Source: a virus
DNA length: 64,000 nucleotides
Strand: one strand, 5' to 3'
IMG/VR virus record: IMGVR_UViG_3300029240_000001
Shown here: positions 59,431-64,000 of the stretch, piece after piece
Layout: every line of letters starts with the position of its first letter
Position numbering within the stretch: the stretch's first letter is position 1
Made by a program: the position numbers and the translations under genes
The notes under the pieces: generated by a model
Database searches by the model: none
Seen by the model: the letters and a program-made list of their open reading frames with translations, nothing else
What the model was told of the DNA's origin: nothing

Positions 59431-61146
59431 ATGCATTTGAAATATAAATTAACAGGCAATAATGATACTACAAATATTTTAAAAACAGTATTAAATAATA
59501 GAGGAATTGAAAATTATAATGAATACCTAGCGTTGTGTGACAATTGTTCCGACAATTGGGATAATTTAAATTCTATAGATGAAGCAGTAAATTGCTTTGA
59601 TTATCATTTTTGGAATAAGCATAAAATGGCAATTTTGTCTGACACTGATGTTGATGGAATCACAAGTGCAACAATGATGTATCAATATATTAAAATCATG
59701 GACGTAGACTATCCAGTATCAATTATTGTGCATAAGAAGAACAAGTCACATGGTCTAGCATCTTGGGACTTTGATATTCCAGACAATACAAAGTTGTTGA
59801 TTATTCCAGATGCAGGGAGTAATGATGTGGATGAATGTAAAAAGTTAATAAACGATGGTATTGAAGTAATTGTTCTTGATCACCATCAAGTGTCCACAGA
59901 TAAATTAAATCCTGCTATTGTAGTAAACAACCAAGCGTCTGATGAGTATCCAAATAAGGAAGCGTGTGGCGCTCATGTTACATATAATTTCCTACAAGCA
60001 TTAGATGAGTGCTATTGGAATGATATTTGTGAAGATCATTTTACTGACTTAGTGGCATTAGCAGATATTTCAGATGTAATGTCAATGAGATCATTTAATA
60101 CTCGTGCGATGGTCAACTATGGAATAGATCACATTAACAATAAAATGTTTCAAGAGATTCTCAAGGCGCAGGATTTTTCTACAAAAGGGATTGTGTCTCC
60201 ATTTACAATTGCATTCTACGTTACTCCTTTGATTAATGCGTTTCTACGTAGTGCTTCATTTGAGGAGCGAGAGTTGCTGGTTAATGCTTTTTGTGAATGT
60301 GAAGAAAAAACTTTTGAATATGTAAAACGTGGAGAAAATTTTCCTGTTGAAGAAAATATTTATCAACACTGCGTTAGGATTGCAAAATCATATAAATCGA
60401 AGCAAGATCGCGCTAAAGACAAAGCATGCAAGGCATTCATGGCTTCTAATGATTATTCTAATGATAAAGTTGCTATTGTAGATGCGACAGGTGAATTAAA
60501 TTCAGCATATACAGGGCTTGTTGCAATGAAGATGTCTGAGATACTGAATAGACCTGTACTTCTTGTTATAGAAACAGATAATGGATTTGCTGGAAGCGGT
60601 AGAGCTTTTGATTATTGCCCAATTGAAGATTTCAGAGAACTTGTTGATAAGTGTCCAGAGTCTACTATGTCACAGGGTCATGCACAAGCATTTGGTCTTT
60701 GTTTGACTGACATTAACAAGGCACGAGAATGGTTTAATGAAAATCTTAAAGACGTATCTTTTGAAAAAATATATGTAGTAGATTTCATTGTTGATGCAGA
60801 AGATGTATCAATTTCGTGGTGCCAAGAACTTGATAAATATAAATCAACTTTTGCACATGGAGTAGATGAACCATTGTGGTTGATTAAAGATTTATATATA
60901 TCTAATGATAATGCCAAAATTGTCGGAAAGAACGATGATACAATTCAAATTTATGACGAGGATACGAATATCAAATATGTTATGTTCAAATGCGATGAAT
61001 CAAATGAAGTGTTTGATTGGATGAATAATAATTTTGCAGGAGAAGAGACATATATTAATGTAATTGGCACATTGGGTATTAACGTATATAATGGACAAGT
61101 TTCTCCACAAGTATTAATTAAAGAATGTGAGATTAGAAAGGATTAA
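59431..61146 (+). CDS. DHH-family phosphoesterase (RecJ-like exonuclease candidate)
   Basis: DHH motifs I-III in order: SDTDVDG, IIPDAGS, VLDHHQV. Confidence 0.7.
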   Translation: MHLKYKLTGNNDTTNILKTVLNNRGIENYNEYLALCDNCSDNWDNLNSIDEAVNCFDYHFWNKHKMAILSDTDVDGITSATMMYQYIKIMDVDYPVSIIVHKKNKSHGLASWDFDIPDNTKLLIIPDAGSNDVDECKKLINDGIEVIVLDHHQVSTDKLNPAIVVNNQASDEYPNKEACGAHVTYNFLQALDECYWNDICEDHFTDLVALADISDVMSMRSFNTRAMVNYGIDHINNKMFQEILKAQDFSTKGIVSPFTIAFYVTPLINAFLRSASFEERELLVNAFCECEEKTFEYVKRGENFPVEENIYQHCVRIAKSYKSKQDRAKDKACKAFMASNDYSNDKVAIVDATGELNSAYTGLVAMKMSEILNRPVLLVIETDNGFAGSGRAFDYCPIEDFRELVDKCPESTMSQGHAQAFGLCLTDINKAREWFNENLKDVSFEKIYVVDFIVDAEDVSISWCQELDKYKSTFAHGVDEPLWLIKDLYISNDNAKIVGKNDDTIQIYDEDTNIKYVMFKCDESNEVFDWMNNNFAGEETYINVIGTLGINVYNGQVSPQVLIKECEIRKD

Positions 61147-61151
61147 TCGCA

Positions 61152-61370
61152 ATGGGATGGAATAGTACAAAAGATAAACTCCCTCCAGACATGGTAGATG
61201 TTCTTGGCTATACAGATGCAGATAAATTCAAAGTCGTATCCATTAAGAATGGAGTTTGGAACACTTATATGAATGTACTTTATTGGATGTGGCTTCCTGA
61301 TAAACCAGATATTAAGTCAGAAGAGCCAACAAAAAGACGTGGTAGAAAGAAGGCGACAGATAAAACATGA
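61152..61370 (+). CDS. hypothetical protein (72 aa) with basic tail
   Basis: AAAGGA SD. Confidence 0.55.
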   Translation: MGWNSTKDKLPPDMVDVLGYTDADKFKVVSIKNGVWNTYMNVLYWMWLPDKPDIKSEEPTKRRGRKKATDKT

Positions 61371-61654
61371 CAAAAGTTGATCAATATAAATGTGATTATT
61401 GTGGAGAAGTTTTCAATGATTATGACAAGTGCCTTGCACATGAATATGAGCATCAGAATGATGATGTGTCTAGAGCAAAATATTTAATCAAATATAATCT
61501 AAGAAAAGATCTTTGTGACTATTGTGAGCATAGCTATTTTGTATATGGATGCGAGATTGATTGTCAGTTTAAGAAAAACTGTAATTACAAAAACAATTAT
61601 GAATTATTTGCGCCAGTTAAACCATTCCATGACAAAAGTATTAAAGGTTATTAA
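61367..61654 (+). CDS. C2H2/Cys-rich small protein (95 aa)
   Basis: CDYCGEVF....CLAHEYEH zinc-finger-like; ATGA overlap. Confidence 0.55.
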   Translation: MTKVDQYKCDYCGEVFNDYDKCLAHEYEHQNDDVSRAKYLIKYNLRKDLCDYCEHSYFVYGCEIDCQFKKNCNYKNNYELFAPVKPFHDKSIKGY

Positions 61655-61668
61655 GAAAGGATAATTAA

Positions 61669-62406
61669 ATGAGTTATTGGGATTATGAAGAGCCTATGTG
61701 GGAACCGTCTGAAGCAGATGAATTATTTGATGAAATAAAATCAAAGCTTATTGATGCAGCTAAAGACTCTTTGAAGAGTGATATGGAATCGCTTAAAAGA
61801 CGCAACGAGTATCTTGATAAGCGCAATAAAGAGCTTGAGGACAAATCACTAGAAGTATCAAGAAAAGAGAGTGATCTGGAATATAAATCACGAAATCTTC
61901 GTAGAGAAGTAGAAAAAGAATTTTATAAGACTGCTATTGACGATATCTTTAAGGATGCGCTTGAAAAATCTCAGCTTTGGATTGCATATAATAAACCACA
62001 TGAAAAGCCTAAGTGCGACAAATGCGACGAAAATAGGAAGTGGGTTTTGACTTGGCCTGATGGGACAACCACGAGCAAGAATTGCACATGTTCACAGCCA
62101 GATTATTGGTATGAGCCAGAAGAGACATGGATTGAGGCATTGAGATATAGAGTTAATGACGCGAATTATCCATCGGAAAGATATTATCGTCTCGATAAAA
62201 GTTATCAATGCACTGGTGACAGCAGATGGAATGATTATTCTTATAAAGATTTTGGGATCCAGTTTGTATATGATAAGTTTTGTGATGATGTTATTGAAAA
62301 GCGAGATCAACTCACATATGGTAAAAATATTGGGTTTACATCAAAAGAAGAATGTCAAAAGTATTGTGATTGGTTGAATAAACGGAGTTTGAGAAATAAG
62401 CAATAG
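61669..62406 (+). CDS. hypothetical protein (245 aa), coiled-coil N-half, Cys-rich C-half
   Basis: AAAGGA SD. Confidence 0.6.
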   Translation: MSYWDYEEPMWEPSEADELFDEIKSKLIDAAKDSLKSDMESLKRRNEYLDKRNKELEDKSLEVSRKESDLEYKSRNLRREVEKEFYKTAIDDIFKDALEKSQLWIAYNKPHEKPKCDKCDENRKWVLTWPDGTTTSKNCTCSQPDYWYEPEETWIEALRYRVNDANYPSERYYRLDKSYQCTGDSRWNDYSYKDFGIQFVYDKFCDDVIEKRDQLTYGKNIGFTSKEECQKYCDWLNKRSLRNKQ

Positions 62407-62429
62407 AAATAAAGATTTGAGGTGTGTAT

Positions 62430-62630
62430 ATGAATTGGAGAGAGCAGATTATTCAAAATATTAAAGATTGCGGACAGTCTCTTATGGATAACGCCGAGAA
62501 CATTGTGGATGGTTACAAGTACGCAAGGGGATTTATTATCACTTGCTATGTAGATGGAAATGGAGAACCACCGTATGTCAGTGTCAACACTGATTTTTAT
62601 CCTGAGAAGTTTATTGAAAGGCGTATGTAA
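62430..62630 (+). CDS. hypothetical protein (~66 aa; start 62424 or 62430)
   Basis: GAGGTG SD. Confidence 0.5.
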   Translation: MNWREQIIQNIKDCGQSLMDNAENIVDGYKYARGFIITCYVDGNGEPPYVSVNTDFYPEKFIERRM

Positions 62631-62645
62631 AAGGAGGACAAAACA

Positions 62646-62987
62646 ATGAATAGTAATGTAATTATTGATAGCCATATTACCCCAACTGACGTAAAGATTT
62701 ATGTTGAAAATGGCACCCCTTATCTTGATTATACAGGGATATGCTATGCGAGTAACGGTGACAAAATTAAAGTTCATTTTCCAAAAATTGATCTTACACT
62801 TACTAATATAACACAAGAAAAAGAATATGAAGAGTGGAAGTATCAGTGGGGCTCAAGAGAAATACTTACAAAATTTAATGTTTGCGCATCAAACGACAAA
62901 TGGGCTACATTTGAAGTTGTTGAACGAGAAGTGTCAAAGAAACAGCTTGAGAAGGAGCTTGGTTATAAGTTGAATATTAAGGAGTAA
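62646..62987 (+). CDS. hypothetical protein (113 aa)
   Basis: AAAGGAGG SD. Confidence 0.6.
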   Translation: MNSNVIIDSHITPTDVKIYVENGTPYLDYTGICYASNGDKIKVHFPKIDLTLTNITQEKEYEEWKYQWGSREILTKFNVCASNDKWATFEVVEREVSKKQLEKELGYKLNIKE

Positions 62988-62990
62988 TTT

Positions 62991-63275
62991 ATGGCAATTT
63001 ATCCTCTTACAATACGTCCGAGATGCGACACAGAAAATGAATGGATTAAATATAATCCTATATTAAAATACAGAGAGTTTGTAGTTTCTGTTGATAAAAA
63101 TGGGGCAAGATATAAAATTGGAGATGGAATATCTAAGTATGATAAACTGCAATTTGTATCACTGGAAATGGCCATAACAAATGGAATTATATACTGCACT
63201 GGTGGCCAATATAGCCATGTAAAGATTGAACTAATAGATCCAAGAAAAATTGAGGAGGCAAACAATGATCTCTAA
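62991..63275 (+). CDS. hypothetical protein (94 aa)
   Basis: AAGGAG SD. Confidence 0.6.
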   Translation: MAIYPLTIRPRCDTENEWIKYNPILKYREFVVSVDKNGARYKIGDGISKYDKLQFVSLEMAITNGIIYCTGGQYSHVKIELIDPRKIEEANNDL

Positions 63276-63591
63276 GGAAGCTTTTATTAATACTATGAAG
63301 CATCTTGAAAATCTGGATACGAAAATGGCAAGAGTTGATAGTGCTCTAAAAGATCTTTGCGAAGACTTTTGTGGATTTTATATTACAGATATTTTTGATA
63401 TTGTTATTAATTTGCTCGAAGAAGTGTTCCATGACCAAGAAGAATGGATTGGTTACTTTGTATTTGAAGAGGATTGGTTGCATGGATTTAAAATTGGAGA
63501 TGTCATTGTTAACGATGTACCGGTTATTATTGATGATTGGGGAGACGTTTATGATTTCTTGATTGTTAATATGGAGAAAGAAAATGAGTAG
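63265..63591 (+). CDS. hypothetical acidic protein (108 aa)
   Basis: Start moved to MISKEAFI (GAGGAGG SD). Confidence 0.55.
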   Translation: MISKEAFINTMKHLENLDTKMARVDSALKDLCEDFCGFYITDIFDIVINLLEEVFHDQEEWIGYFVFEEDWLHGFKIGDVIVNDVPVIIDDWGDVYDFLIVNMEKENE

Positions 63592-64000
63592 AATTTTTTA
63601 TATTTCAGATTTACATCTAATGCATCAAAACGTTATTAGGTTTGATAATCGCCCATTTAAAACAGGTGATGAGATGGACAAAACATTAATTGACAACTGG
63701 AATTCCGTTGTAAGCAATGCAGATCATGTGTATCATCTTGGAGATTTTTGCTGGGGCAAGAAGGATGATTGGATTAAGTATCTAAAGCTGCTAAATGGCA
63801 ATATTCATATCATAAAGGGCAATCATGATTTAAAAGAGTTTAGTTCAGATATTAGAAAGTATATTGTAGAAGCTGTAGACTACAAAGAAATCACTGACAA
63901 CGGACGACATGTAATCCTATGTCATTATCCGATCATGTGCTATAAAGCATCTTATAATCCAAATTGCTACATGCTTCATGGACATACCCACATAACAAGA
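63584..64000 (+). CDS. calcineurin-like metallophosphoesterase, 3'-truncated by the window edge
   Basis: Not in the ORF track (no stop); hand-translated MSRIFYISDLHLMH...YHLGDFCWG...IIKGNHD...LCHYP...LHGHTH = motifs I-V. Confidence 0.7.
   Translation, partial: MSRIFYISDLHLMHQNVIRFDNRPFKTGDEMDKTLIDNWNSVVSNADHVYHLGDFCWGKKDDWIKYLKLLNGNIHIIKGNHDLKEFSSDIRKYIVEAVDYKEITDNGRHVILCHYPIMCYKASYNPNCYMLHGHTHITR

Noticed and set aside
1-64000. Genome-wide TAG reassignment (alternative genetic code)
   Set aside because: TAG terminates several well-supported genes here (stops at 4861, 32798-32803 as a double TAG, 37334, 44330, 55530, 62404, 63589). These stops are followed by terminators, promoter boxes or overlapping starts. 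TAA and TGA also behave normally. Only the single case at 27501 remains open.

Overview
AT-rich dsDNA phage (or phage-plasmid) segment with Firmicutes-style signals: AGGAGG-type RBSs, TTGACA-N17-TATAAT promoters, and mostly TAA stops under the standard code. There are three parts. (1) A leftward gene block (50-15052) encodes a metallophosphoesterase, an HU-like protein, PhoH, a ClpP-like protease, a 961-aa eukaryotic-RdRP/YonO-like two-barrel polymerase candidate, a GNAT, many small zinc-ribbon proteins and a P-loop NTPase. (2) A ~2.2 kb ORF-poor divergent control region (15053-17290) contains TA-rich blocks, GC-rich hairpin islands, TGTAC boxes and iteron-like repeats. (3) A long rightward block (17291-64000) starts with a GC-richer set of tiny early genes. 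It continues with a DUF932 protein, an MT-A70 methylase, a tyrosine recombinase and a replication module (SSB-like, a GIY-YIG homing endonuclease, a Sak4-like ATPase, a DnaB-like helicase). Next comes a ~4 kb structured-RNA/tRNA array (46.3-50.0 kb) with an embedded HNH endonuclease, followed by a SleB-like hydrolase and a Lar-like anti-restriction protein. An RNA-repair-like cluster follows (cysteine desulfurase, Rnl5-type RNA ligase, nucleotidyltransferase, Pnk-HD), then primase, dCMP deaminase, an HD protein and a RecJ-like DHH protein. Three signals stand out. First, a ~15-nt box (TTG)ACA[A/G]TACAAAATTAT occurs about 27 times upstream of genes, possibly a phage-specific promoter read by the RdRP-like polymerase. 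Second, the tRNA set has non-canonical T-loops, C33 anticodon loops, a class-II body with a UGU anticodon, and three tRNA-like genes with expanded anticodon regions. Third, this tRNA set lies close to the RNA end-healing/sealing module, which may be a counter-defence kit against anticodon nucleases. All calls come from reading the sequence by eye; no searches were run.
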